Assembly: GCA_937949615.1 (NCBI GenBank)
Contig: CALEDQ010000008.1
Location: forward strand, 243,586 to 307,585
DNA: 64,000 bases
Source of the DNA: an uncultured bacterium
Lineage (GTDB): Bacteria > Muiribacteriota > Ozemobacteria > Ozemobacterales > Ozemobacteraceae
Reading direction: 5' to 3'
The first letter of the stretch is position 1. Every line of letters begins with the position of its first letter. The notes under the pieces are model-generated. The model worked only from the letters and a program-made list of their open reading frames with translations. It had not been told where the DNA came from and did no database searches. Below, piece by piece: positions 43,001 to 51,676 of the stretch. Made by a program: the position numbers and the translations under genes.

Positions 43001-45316
43001 AGAGGCAAAGGTGATTTCCTCTTCGTTAATAGTAAAACCGCCATTGGCAATGGCCGCCTGATCTTTGGCCCTGAAAAACTCGGCCAGTGAAGCCGGAACG
43101 AAGTCAAAGTCGGTGCGCCCAACGATCTCAGACTCACTTGCGCCAAGAAACTGTTCAAAACGTCGGTTACAGGTCAGAAAAACTCCGTTGACGTCTTTCA
43201 GCCATACCAGATCAGGGAGAGTAAGCAGGAGGGTGCGCAGTCGGGCCTCACTCTCCTGCAAAGCCGCTTCAGCGATTTTCCGCCTGGTGATATCCTGAGC
43301 GAGGCCGATAATGCGTTCCGGCTGCCCATCGTCAGTATAGTGAATGGTGCCATGATCTTCAATCCAGATTGTTTTTCCCTGAAAAACAATCCGGTACTGG
43401 CAGAAATACGGAGTCCTGGTGGCCAGAGCCTTCTGAATGGCCGCATCGCTGAGCCCCCGGTCTTCTTCGTGCCTGATCGACTCCAGCCATTCGATTGACG
43501 GCTCGATCGAGGGCAGGCCAAATATCGAATAGATCTCGGGCGACCAATACAGGCGGTTGCCTGAAAATTCAAATTCCCAGACACCCATTCTGGCGGCACT
43601 CGTCGCCAGCCGCAGACGCTGTTCACTGTCTTCCAGCCGTTGCCGGGTCTTTTTGCGTTCACTTATATCGCTCCAGAGAGCCAGAATATACCGATGGCCT
43701 TCGACTTCTATCGTTCGCCCGCGAATTTCGACGTCTACGATGCTGCCATCCTTGCGACGAAGTCGACTTTCGAATACTCTCCCCTGATTTTCAGGGGTCG
43801 AATAAATCCTCTGGTAGATGTCCTCTTCTGTCATATCAATATGAGTATCAGGCAACCTGAGCCGGGCGTATTCCTCACGGGTGTAGCCGAGAAGGCTGCA
43901 GGCAGCGTCGTTGAACTCAAAAATCCGCAGAGTTTTCAGATCCGTCATTTCGATAGCGTCACCAGCCCGGCTGAAGATGGCACTCAACACGGCCTCTCGA
44001 TGGCGCAGAGCTTTTTCAGCCTGTTTGCGGCTCGTCAGATCGAGTGCAAATAACACCACTGAACCAGCACTGTCGTCGAGGCGGCCGCCCCCGATCAGAA
44101 TAGGCACTTGATGGCCGGCCCGATGGCGATATGCCTTCTCATAAGGTATGCAGAAGCCATTCTGCTTAATCTCATCGATCGCCGCCAGGTCGAGTTCACT
44201 GTATTCCGGGGGCGTGATCTCACCCCAGCAGATATTTCCAGACTCCAGGTCAGCCCGGGAATACCCGATAAGTGTCAGATAGGCATCGTTGGCTTCAGTA
44301 ATGCCACCGACAAAATTCCAGACTGCCATAGGAACCATATCGTTCGTAAAGATGCGGCGAAAACGCTCCTCACTTCGCTGCAGCGTTGCACGCTGTTCAA
44401 GAAGAGAGGCGTAGGCCTGTTGTAGATCACGTGTGCGGGCCGCAACCTGACGCCTCAGCATAAATATCCAGAAAAGTGCGATCAGACCGATTCCGGCCAT
44501 GGCGGCTAAGATCGTGGCAAAATCATGTATATAACTGTCCAGATCTGGCAGGGGCAGGCCGAACCATTTTTCCTCAAGTCCCTTCAATTCGACCTTGTCG
44601 ATAGCTGCCATACCGCGTTTCACCAATTCGAGGGTCTCCGGGTGACCCCTGGGAACACCGCGACGGAATTGACCGGTATAAAGGCGAAAGGACCGGCGAA
44701 AATCGCTCTGCAACCCGAGCTTATTCAGATAGAAACCGGCCGGAATTTCGTCGACACAGAAAATTTTGATTTCTTCCCGCTGCGCGGCATCGAAAAGCTC
44801 GGCATAATTTGCAAACGAAGCATGGTGGGTAATACCGCGCTGATAAAGCATTTCACGGCAGGCATCCCCTTCCTCGACGCCGATGCGAAACCCTTTCAGG
44901 GTGTCCACTCCGGTGATGCCGCTGATGGACTTATGGGTGTAGACGCTGACAGGCAGGTCAGCATAGGGGTCAGTGAAATCGTAGAGAGGCTCACGCGCCG
45001 GTGTCTTGAAAATCATGTCGATGACATCAGCCTCGCCGGCCAGCACCTGTTTTTGCGCCTCATCCCACCGGGTGGCGGTCAGGATTACCGGAACGCCGGT
45101 CTTGCTTTCCCAAAGTTTCCAGTAGTCGACGAGGTAACCGATGACCGCGCCTTCATCGTTGCGGTACAAAAAAGGGGGAAAATTGTCGTCGGTAATGACC
45201 CGGAGTTGAGCGGGCTGACCTGCCACAGCGATAGCTGGCAGCATGGCAGACAGCCAGATCACCATAATGGTTGCCAGGAATCCAGAATGATATTTGCATG
45301 CTCGCCCGAAATTCAT
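40034..45316 (-). CDS. Giant (1760 aa) multidomain hybrid sensor histidine kinase
   Basis: Periplasmic solute-binding-protein-like domain ('LRVITDDNFPPFLYRNDEGAVIGYLVDYWKLW'). Several PAS/PAC units. GAF-like region. H-box 'MSHEIRTPMNAVLGMIYLL'. G-box 'GGSGLGLAISHNLVRLMGG'. Two receiver domains ('VLLAEDNPINQ...IVLMDVQMPVMDGYE'). C-terminal Hpt-like 'AHAMKGVAGNLG'. Confidence 0.9.
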   Translation of the reverse strand: MNFGRACKYHSGFLATIMVIWLSAMLPAIAVAGQPAQLRVITDDNFPPFLYRNDEGAVIGYLVDYWKLWESKTGVPVILTATRWDEAQKQVLAGEADVIDMIFKTPAREPLYDFTDPYADLPVSVYTHKSISGITGVDTLKGFRIGVEEGDACREMLYQRGITHHASFANYAELFDAAQREEIKIFCVDEIPAGFYLNKLGLQSDFRRSFRLYTGQFRRGVPRGHPETLELVKRGMAAIDKVELKGLEEKWFGLPLPDLDSYIHDFATILAAMAGIGLIALFWIFMLRRQVAARTRDLQQAYASLLEQRATLQRSEERFRRIFTNDMVPMAVWNFVGGITEANDAYLTLIGYSRADLESGNICWGEITPPEYSELDLAAIDEIKQNGFCIPYEKAYRHRAGHQVPILIGGGRLDDSAGSVVLFALDLTSRKQAEKALRHREAVLSAIFSRAGDAIEMTDLKTLRIFEFNDAACSLLGYTREEYARLRLPDTHIDMTEEDIYQRIYSTPENQGRVFESRLRRKDGSIVDVEIRGRTIEVEGHRYILALWSDISERKKTRQRLEDSEQRLRLATSAARMGVWEFEFSGNRLYWSPEIYSIFGLPSIEPSIEWLESIRHEEDRGLSDAAIQKALATRTPYFCQYRIVFQGKTIWIEDHGTIHYTDDGQPERIIGLAQDITRRKIAEAALQESEARLRTLLLTLPDLVWLKDVNGVFLTCNRRFEQFLGASESEIVGRTDFDFVPASLAEFFRAKDQAAIANGGFTINEEEITFASDGHRELLQTIKTPIYSGDGRLIGVLGVGRDITRMRNDEKELEGHRQRLEELVRQRTFDLENANRRLSLSDQRLSAMLAMSQKLHELDEEQLLKMGVDEAVRLTGSEIGCLHFIDEDQETISLRAWSSETLKKCSASADGHYAMSAAGVWGDAILLRRPVIHNDYQNLADRKGVPGEHIPLIRHIGAPVIDGGKVRLVIGVGNKATPYDQSDVEQLQLIGNDLWSIVLRQRVETALAEAKDAAEVATRAKSMFLASMSHEIRTPMNAVLGMIYLLANTSLNERQRLLVERLHSSGKLLLGLINDILDFSRIEEGRLEIEVAEFHPGEMLDNLASLFRQVARDKGISLFFDIHPGLPYPLVGDSLRLTQVLTNLLSNAIKFTSAGHVVLSVILLGEENDLVRLGFAVSDTGIGMTPDQQKRLFQPFSQADSGTTRRFGGSGLGLAISHNLVRLMGGELEVSSRLSHGTEFTFQLWFPVGSWRERVLQLPENLPRGRALLLASREVVLKSMRDTFKGLGFQVEEAVDGAHARELLRQSSENASFDLLVLAELLDGDGLGFAEALMASGQHLPPVIFVSSTGCDSEEKRMHELGIRARVVHPVTASDWFDAIMKIFGRPGVRRKTTTSLVKIAAEWRPKLQGLQVLLAEDNPINQELAQDLLSDVGAIVTVVADGVAAVAAVNQARYDIVLMDVQMPVMDGYEATRRIIAEGKHPELPIVAMTADVSVDDRTLAQEAGMVAHVAKPINPTDLYSCLAHWSRRSSSEPASEVDVKSAMLSTATPADEAIPAEWLELPGLDAVGGVARCGGRCRRWRHLLEQFKHDHDGVIKLFEQWLSARKWTEARARAHAMKGVAGNLGLTLLAVAAADLEMCCRRESSEQADISLTRLRDALDTTALSLERCLAVALPEAAPAFPSSASVDREALAELRQALLESDFKATTLLQTMEPALLAFSGLTHELEQVIGAYRFEEAVALLDRIIAMLPPPTTHMK

Positions 45317-45775
45317 ATTGAAGCGGTCTCCTCTGCTGGAAACGACACCAACTTTCGCCTGAGTAAAGAGCGATCACCCTCGAAAGATCCGTCATTCAGT
45401 TCAGGATGGATTTCTACCCATCTCTAATTAAGATTTATCGCACTCTTGTTTTTCTGTCAAAAACTTTAGCTCCCACAGAAACAGGAATAAGCAGTCGGTC
45501 ACCACAGTTTCTGTTTTTGAACGCATCTCCCGTTAAATTCCTCATTGATTTTTTTGTTTTCCCACCGTCTTCATATTGCCACGGAAATAGAAAAAATGTA
45601 AGAGTTTATACCAGATTTTAACTCAACATCGCTCTTTATTCTCACACAAGTCGCGATTTGTCTTGATTCAGGCAACCACGTCATCTCGAAACATGCTCCA
45701 ATACAGACAACCAGGAAACGACAGTTTAAAATCGCCGGGGCTGTTGTTTAAACCCTTAAAAAGCTGCTGCATGAC

Positions 45776-45806
45776 TTGACAAAAAAAAAAATCGCGGTTA
45801 TGATTC
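45776..45806 (+). promoter_or_regulatory. Candidate sigma-70 promoter for the RRM-protein gene (about 120-nt leader)
   Basis: 'TTGACA' at 45776-45781, 17-18 nt of spacer ('aaaaaaaaaaatcgcgg'), then 'TTATGAT'. The leader contains the hairpin 'caaaccag-c-ctggtttg'. Confidence 0.4.
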
Positions 45807-45924
45807 ATTTGTTCTGCAAACCAGCCTGGTTTGTGGCTGTAAACCGGTTTCTCTGGTGGTTTTTCCGGTCTGCGGCCCGTTCGCGAAATCACCCCGGACA
45901 TCACGCCTTTAAGGATTTTTCTGA

Positions 45925-46326
45925 ATGAACATTTACGTTGGTAACCTGCCCTACAGTGCAACCGAAGAACAGCTCAAAAACATGTTTGGTCAGTACGGTG
46001 AAGTAACGAGCGCAAGCATTATCAAAGATCGCGACACCGGCAGATCAAAAGGTTTCGGGTTTGTTGAAATGCCTGACAATTCAGCCGCCGAAGCAGCCAT
46101 CCAGGCCCTGAACGAAGCAGACATGAACGGTCGCAACCTCAAAATCAACCAGGCTCGCCCCAAAGAAGCCCGCAGCGACAGCAGACCCCGCGGTGGCGAT
46201 CGCGGCGGATATCGCAGCGACAGAGGCGATAGAGGCGACAGAGGTGGTCGCGGCGGTTACAACGATCGCGATGATTATGATGATAAGGGCGACCGCGGCT
46301 ATCGCGGCGGCAGAGATCGCTATTAA
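45925..46326 (+). CDS. RNA-binding protein with one RRM domain and an Arg/Gly/Asp-rich (RGG-like) C-terminal tail
   Basis: RNP2 'IYVGNL', RNP1 'KGFGFVEM'. Tail 'RGGDRGGYRSDRGDRGDRGGRGGYNDRDDYDDKGDRGYRGGRDRY'. Confidence 0.85.
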   Translation: MNIYVGNLPYSATEEQLKNMFGQYGEVTSASIIKDRDTGRSKGFGFVEMPDNSAAEAAIQALNEADMNGRNLKINQARPKEARSDSRPRGGDRGGYRSDRGDRGDRGGRGGYNDRDDYDDKGDRGYRGGRDRY

Positions 46327-46341
46327 TCCAGATTTAACTGG

Positions 46342-46376
46342 CCGCCCCGCCTTAAGGCAGGGCGGTTTTTTATTTT
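46342..46376 (+). terminator. Rho-independent terminator of the RRM gene
   Basis: 'gccgccccgcc-ttaa-ggcagggcgg' followed by 'ttttttatttt'. Confidence 0.7.
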
Positions 46377-46833
46377 AGCGCTTTAGCGAATAAACCATTT
46401 CGCGGTGCACAATACCGGCCTCGACAAATTCGTCGCCAAAAGCAATGAAGCCCATTGCTGCATACCATGATTCAACCTGCTTCTGAGCATGAATAAGTAC
46501 CTGCCGGCAGCCGGCGATATTCTCCGCCTGCCGCAGCAGTTCAGCCACGATCAGATTGCCAAGACCGCGGCCGCGAAATTCCTTTAAAACAGCAACCCGG
46601 CCAAGCCGCATGGTCGAACGACTCTGCGGGTCATGGAAAATGCGCCCGGTACCTGCCGGCCTGTCGTCAACCCGCAACAGTACATGCGTGGAAACAGCGT
46701 CAAATTCATCGCGCTCGAGCTCGACCGGGACCCTCTGCTCTTCGACAAAAACCGCTGTGCGAATCTGCATTGCCTGCACAAACTCTGGCGCCTGGCCAGA
46801 AAAACTCACAACGGTCATTGCAAACTGCTTCAT
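46375..46833 (-). CDS. GNAT-family N-acetyltransferase
   Basis: 'RLGRVAVLKEFRGRGLGNLIVAELLRQAENIAGCRQVLIHAQ' is the acetyl-CoA-binding motif A (R/Q-x-x-G-x-G/A). Confidence 0.8.
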   Translation of the reverse strand: MKQFAMTVVSFSGQAPEFVQAMQIRTAVFVEEQRVPVELERDEFDAVSTHVLLRVDDRPAGTGRIFHDPQSRSTMRLGRVAVLKEFRGRGLGNLIVAELLRQAENIAGCRQVLIHAQKQVESWYAAMGFIAFGDEFVEAGIVHREMVYSLKR

Positions 46834-46865
46834 TTTCAGCCTCCATTGTCAGCTACAGCAGCTTA

Positions 46866-48263
46866 TCAGTCACGGGCATCCTCATGCACAGCCGGCTCCA
46901 TGGTAAAACCGGTGAAACCGTAAATCATCGAAACAATCGGATTTATCAGATTCAGAAAGGCATAGGGCAGATAAGCAAACGGATGAATGCCAAGTGCCGT
47001 TGCCATGAATGCCCCGCAGGTGTTCCATGGAACCAGCGGTGAGGTGAGAGTCCCGAAATCTTCAAGGCAACGCGACAGGTTCTTCGGTGCCAGTCCCTTT
47101 TCTGCAAAGGCATCTTTATAAATGCGCCCTGGTATGACAATCGAAAGATACTGATCGCCGGCGGCCAGATTACAGAAAACACAGGTGAAAAAAGTCGCGA
47201 CCACCATTGAGCCGGTAGAACGGGCATAGGTTAAAATTCTCAGGGCGATAGAGTGCAGCATGCCAGAGCTTTCCATTACCCCGCCAAGAGAAAGGGCGAT
47301 CATGATCAGCGAAATCGTGCCCATCATGCTTTCGAGCCCACCGCGGGTAAGCAGCTTGTCAACAGCCTCGACCCCGGTTTCTGAGACGAAACCGGAATGT
47401 GCCGCCTTGATGATTGCCGCCATACCGGCATTTTGAAAGACAGCCGCGAACAGGCCACCGAGCACCACTCCGCCGAACAACCCCGGCAAAGCAGGTGTGC
47501 GCATTACCACCATTCCGATAACCAGAACTGGTGGAATCAGCAGCCAGATATTGATCGTGAAGTTTTTAGACAGTGTGTCGAGAATCGTGTTGATGCCAGC
47601 AGCATCAAGTTCCTTACCCGCGAAGCTCATACCCATGATCGCATAGATCACACATGCAATCAGCATGCTCGGGCCGGTTGTCCAGGCCATATGCCTGACA
47701 TGATCGAAAAGCTTCGCACCGGCCATTGCCGGCGCCAGATTGGTAGTGTCTGACAGCGGTGACATCTTGTCGCCGAAATAAGCGCCAGAAATGATGGCAC
47801 CCGCCACCATGTTAACCGGTATGCCAAGACCGGAACCAACGCCGATCAGAGCGATGCCGACGGTGGCGGCAGTGGTCCATGAACTGCCGGTGGCGAGCGA
47901 AACTATGGCGCAGATAACACAGGTTGCCACCAGAAAAATACCTGGCGAAATGATCTTCAGGCCATAATAAATCATCGCCGGCACAATGCCTGCCAGCACC
48001 CAGACGCCAATGATACAGCCAATGATCATCAGAATCAGAATCGACTGCATGCCCATGCCAATCGTGGTCAGAATGCCCTTTTCGACTTCTGACCAGGAAA
48101 ACCCTGACCGGATGGCAACAATCGCAGCGAAAGCCGCAGTAAGAAGAATCGGAATATGCGGCGAAGCACCCAAATACATCAGGCCGCCAACCAGCGAAAT
48201 GATAAGAAAAATGATGACCGCCAGGGCCCGTGAAAAAGACATTCTGCCCCTACCCTGTTCCAT
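46866..48263 (-). CDS. NhaC-family Na+/H+ antiporter
   Basis: About 460 aa, 11-12 transmembrane helices, NhaC-like blocks 'GSSWTTAATVGIALIGVG' and 'FGDKMSPLSDTTNLAPA'. Same strand as, and immediately upstream of, the GNAT gene. Confidence 0.8.
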   Translation of the reverse strand: MEQGRGRMSFSRALAVIIFLIISLVGGLMYLGASPHIPILLTAAFAAIVAIRSGFSWSEVEKGILTTIGMGMQSILILMIIGCIIGVWVLAGIVPAMIYYGLKIISPGIFLVATCVICAIVSLATGSSWTTAATVGIALIGVGSGLGIPVNMVAGAIISGAYFGDKMSPLSDTTNLAPAMAGAKLFDHVRHMAWTTGPSMLIACVIYAIMGMSFAGKELDAAGINTILDTLSKNFTINIWLLIPPVLVIGMVVMRTPALPGLFGGVVLGGLFAAVFQNAGMAAIIKAAHSGFVSETGVEAVDKLLTRGGLESMMGTISLIMIALSLGGVMESSGMLHSIALRILTYARSTGSMVVATFFTCVFCNLAAGDQYLSIVIPGRIYKDAFAEKGLAPKNLSRCLEDFGTLTSPLVPWNTCGAFMATALGIHPFAYLPYAFLNLINPIVSMIYGFTGFTMEPAVHEDARD

Positions 48264-48616
48264 TGAAGTCTCCCTGAACTCAAGTATTTAATTTTACCCT
48301 GTAATGATAAATGCGCAGCTTCTGTTAACCAACATTTTTCTTCTTTTTGTATCTGCGATCAACGCAACAATGACTCAGACAGGTTTTTAATCACCCCGCA
48401 TCAGAGGCAATACAATGAATAAACCCACATATTCACCCGGTATTTTGACATATGCGTTGAAAAAAAGCGTTCGGCAGAATTTTCGAGATAATTAAAAAGC
48501 AACAATTCAACCATGGCGCAATAAAGATTCTGGTTCACGAATTCCTCACCTGAAGCCCGAACTCCGTAGTTTATTTTCGGCGCTGTTGACATTTCTATGT
48601 TTTTCGGCTAAAACGG

Positions 48617-48632
48617 ACTGACTAGTCAGTCT
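48617..48632. promoter_or_regulatory. Perfect 16-bp palindrome, candidate TetR operator, about 25 bp upstream of the tetR-family start
   Basis: 'GACTGACTAGTCAGTC' read directly from the text, flanked by T-runs, in the divergent nhaC/tetR intergenic region. Confidence 0.6.
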
Positions 48633-48657
48633 CGTATTTTTTTGAAAGATTTATCAT

Positions 48658-49233
48658 ATGGCACGCAAACCGACCAAACAAGACCTGCTGCTCGAAGCCG
48701 GCCTCGACATCTTCTACGAAAAAGGCTTCGACCGCGCCACGATCGACGATATCGTCAGTCGCGCCAACTGCGGCAAAGGCACATTTTATCGTTACTTTAC
48801 CAGCAAAGAAGCCCTTTTTGACGCTCTCGAAAACCGTTTTCGCGACTATCTTCTTACCGAACTCGAAACCTGCTGCCCCTACACCATGCCCCCAGCTGAA
48901 TTCATGCAGGCAGCCATGCAGATCACGATCAGGATTTTCAAACAACACCAGCGCCTCGGCCTGGTTAAGTTTGCCCGCGACCAGCAGACCGGCGACCGCG
49001 CCGAAAATTGCCACCCAAAACACCTTCCAAGCATCGTATACCTGCACAAATACCTGCAGCAACAGATCGAAAAGGGTAAAATCAAACCTTTCAAGCCAGA
49101 AACAATAACTTCTACCCTTTTTGGCGCCGCCCATTTCTATCTTTTCCGCGACTACAAACTCGGCCTGCCTGTCACCAGTCAGGAACTCGAAGAAACCGTC
49201 GAAATCATTCTCAAGGGAGTACTGCCACAATGA
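48658..49233 (+). CDS. TetR/AcrR-family transcriptional regulator
   Basis: N-terminal helix-turn-helix 'LLEAGLDIFYEKGFDRATIDDIVSRANCGKGTFYRYFTSKEALF'. Confidence 0.9.
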   Translation: MARKPTKQDLLLEAGLDIFYEKGFDRATIDDIVSRANCGKGTFYRYFTSKEALFDALENRFRDYLLTELETCCPYTMPPAEFMQAAMQITIRIFKQHQRLGLVKFARDQQTGDRAENCHPKHLPSIVYLHKYLQQQIEKGKIKPFKPETITSTLFGAAHFYLFRDYKLGLPVTSQELEETVEIILKGVLPQ

Positions 49234-50588
49234 TTCACCGCAAACTGATTCCCGCCCTCATGCTTTTCTGTCTGCCCATGACCACTGGCTGGTCAGCCAA
49301 CCTTTCAGAGCTGGCTCAGACAGCGCTTTCGCGCAACCTCAGTCTGCAGATTTCCGATCTGGAAATCGAGCAAAGTTCTATTGAAGAAAAAAAGGCATTC
49401 AACGCAATGGTTCCTGACGTTAATTTCAACGTCAGCAAAACCCACAAGGATTTTAAGGACGATTATCAGAAAAAAAGTCCGACCAGTATCGATAACATGC
49501 TTAGTTACTCGCTCAAATTGACTCAGAGCTATCCTGGCCTCGGCCGAATCCCGATGATTCAGCGTGAAATCACCGCCCTGAGATCAGATATTAAGAAAAC
49601 CTACAAGGAAAACCAGAAAATCAAGGTGCTGCGCGATCTGACCCGCATCTACTTCAAGATGGTACGCGACCAGGAACTGATGAAAATTCACGAAACCGAT
49701 CTGATTCTCATTGGCGAACTGATGAAAGTTGCCAAACTCAATGAAGAACTCGGGCTGGTACTGCACAACGACATTCTCAGAATCGAAGTTGAGCAGTTGA
49801 ATTCTAATTCAGAGCTGGTCAAAGCCCGCAACAGTTTTGGCGACCTGAAATACGATCTCGCCGCCGTTCTCGACATTCACAACCCAGAAGAAATCAAGCT
49901 CGACCTGGCAAAGGGCCTCAGATTCGCGCCGGCCAGCCATACCACCGAAAGCCTGCTTCCCGACCTCTTCAAGATCGATAATGACATCAATCTCGCCCGC
50001 ACCGATCTGCAGATTCTCAACAAAACGGTAAGATCGGCCCGCAGCGCCAATCTGCCAACCCTGACCATCGATGCATCATACAACCACGGCCGCAAACTCG
50101 GCCCGATCGAAGGCACCCGTGACTTTGCCACCACCTTCATTCTCAGCACGCCCGTCTATAATGGCAATGACATTGAAAATGCCGTCAGACTGGCACAGAA
50201 GTCAGAAGAAATAGCGAAACTGCGCATAGAAGACCTTTCCAATACCAAGAAAGCCCTGCTTGAAAAGGCAGTCGCCGACTACAACGAAGCCCTTTCCCGC
50301 ATCAGCTTCGCCGAAAAAATGGTTGAACAGAGTATTGAAAACATGCGCATCGTGTTTACCCGCTATCAGGAAGGGGCCTCGTCGATCGTCGAGCTCATCG
50401 ATGCTCAGCGCCTGCTGACCAACTCGTCGCAGACCGCGATCAAAGCCTTTTATGACGAACGCGAGCGCCTTGCCGAAATTCTGCTGCTGCTGCACCGGTT
50501 TGACGAACTGTTCAATCTCGACCAGAACGCCTCGGTTCTCAACACCGACTTTCTCATGCAAACTCTGAAACTTGGAGAAAACAAATGA
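49230..50588 (+). CDS. TolC-family outer-membrane efflux protein
   Basis: Signal peptide, 452 aa, duplicated helical coiled-coil repeats typical of outer-membrane efflux proteins. Overlaps the tetR stop (ATGA) and the next gene's start. Confidence 0.8.
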   Translation: MIHRKLIPALMLFCLPMTTGWSANLSELAQTALSRNLSLQISDLEIEQSSIEEKKAFNAMVPDVNFNVSKTHKDFKDDYQKKSPTSIDNMLSYSLKLTQSYPGLGRIPMIQREITALRSDIKKTYKENQKIKVLRDLTRIYFKMVRDQELMKIHETDLILIGELMKVAKLNEELGLVLHNDILRIEVEQLNSNSELVKARNSFGDLKYDLAAVLDIHNPEEIKLDLAKGLRFAPASHTTESLLPDLFKIDNDINLARTDLQILNKTVRSARSANLPTLTIDASYNHGRKLGPIEGTRDFATTFILSTPVYNGNDIENAVRLAQKSEEIAKLRIEDLSNTKKALLEKAVADYNEALSRISFAEKMVEQSIENMRIVFTRYQEGASSIVELIDAQRLLTNSSQTAIKAFYDERERLAEILLLLHRFDELFNLDQNASVLNTDFLMQTLKLGENK

Positions 50589-51661
50589 AGCCTCGAATCA
50601 TCGCCTGCCTTTTCTCTCTGCTGCTGTCTTCTGTTGCTGTTTTCGGACAAACCAGTGTTGTAACCGTCAAACCACAGTCAGGAACAATCAGAAAACTCCT
50701 GCAATTCACCGGTGAAACAAGACCCGTCGTCGAAGCCTACGCCGCCGCCGACGTCAATGGCCCCGTTTCGCAGATCATGGTCGAAGACGGGCAGAAAGTC
50801 GCGCTTAACCAACCCCTCGGCAAAATCGACGAGATTCGCTTCGCCATTACCCTGCGCCAGATGGAAGCGGCGCTCGAACGTGCCAAACAGCAGCTGCAGG
50901 ATGACGAAAAAGATTACGAACGCAACAAAACCCTGTTCGACAGCAAGGCGATCACCCAGAAGAGCCTCGACGCCGCCCTTACCAACTACATCAAAGGTAA
51001 AACAACGGCAAAGCAGGCGCAGGCCGATTATGACAAGGCAAAACTCGATCTCGACCGCTGTGTCATCAGATCACCAATCGCAGGCTATTTCGTCGACCGC
51101 TCGATCGAACTCGGCCAGGCGATGGCCCGCGGCCAGAACATGGGTAAAGTCATCGATCTCGATGATATCTACGTCGATGCCCGCATACCTGAATCTGAAA
51201 TCAGAAATATCAGAAAAGATCAGAAATGTCTTATCGAAGACAAATATGAAGGTATCGTCGAGCATATCGATCTCTACGCCGACAATTCACGCTCCTTCAA
51301 AGTGCGCATAAGAGTGAAAAACCCCGATCTGTTTTTCCGGGGCAATATGTTTGTCAAAGGGCACATTACCCTCGAACAGTTCGACAATGCACCACTCTTT
51401 CCGTCACAGGCCATTCGTAATTTCCGTGGCGACCTCTACGTCTTTACCGTCAAAGACGGCAAAGCAGTGCGCAACAAAATCAATCTGATCGCTCAGGAAG
51501 GCGAATCGAGCTATGCCGACCCGATGGGTCTCGACAGCGAAATCATCACCGTTGGTCAGGACAGCCTCGACAACGGCAGTGAAGTCATTGTCAGAAACAA
51601 TGGAAATGGCAACGACAATGGTCACCAGAAACCAGTCGACGGCGATGCCGCAAACAAGTGA
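50585..51661 (+). CDS. RND efflux periplasmic adaptor (membrane fusion protein, HlyD-like)
   Basis: Signal/lipo N-terminus 'MKPRIIACLFSLLLSSVAVFG'. Biotinyl-lipoyl-like 'GPVSQIMVEDGQKV...QPLGKID', a coiled coil, and beta-barrel 'IRSPIAGYFVDRSIELGQ'. Confidence 0.85.
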   Translation: MKPRIIACLFSLLLSSVAVFGQTSVVTVKPQSGTIRKLLQFTGETRPVVEAYAAADVNGPVSQIMVEDGQKVALNQPLGKIDEIRFAITLRQMEAALERAKQQLQDDEKDYERNKTLFDSKAITQKSLDAALTNYIKGKTTAKQAQADYDKAKLDLDRCVIRSPIAGYFVDRSIELGQAMARGQNMGKVIDLDDIYVDARIPESEIRNIRKDQKCLIEDKYEGIVEHIDLYADNSRSFKVRIRVKNPDLFFRGNMFVKGHITLEQFDNAPLFPSQAIRNFRGDLYVFTVKDGKAVRNKINLIAQEGESSYADPMGLDSEIITVGQDSLDNGSEVIVRNNGNGNDNGHQKPVDGDAANK

Positions 51662-51676
51662 ACCTGAAAGAGTAAT

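Noticed and set aside
40466-45427. Plus-strand ORFs 40466..41320 (284 aa), 41609..42148, 44525..45427 (300 aa)
   Set aside because: Antisense to the 1760-aa hybrid kinase. Low-complexity translations.
48622-49230. Minus-strand 202-aa ORF opposite the tetR gene
   Set aside because: Fully antisense to a TetR regulator with a textbook helix-turn-helix. No support.
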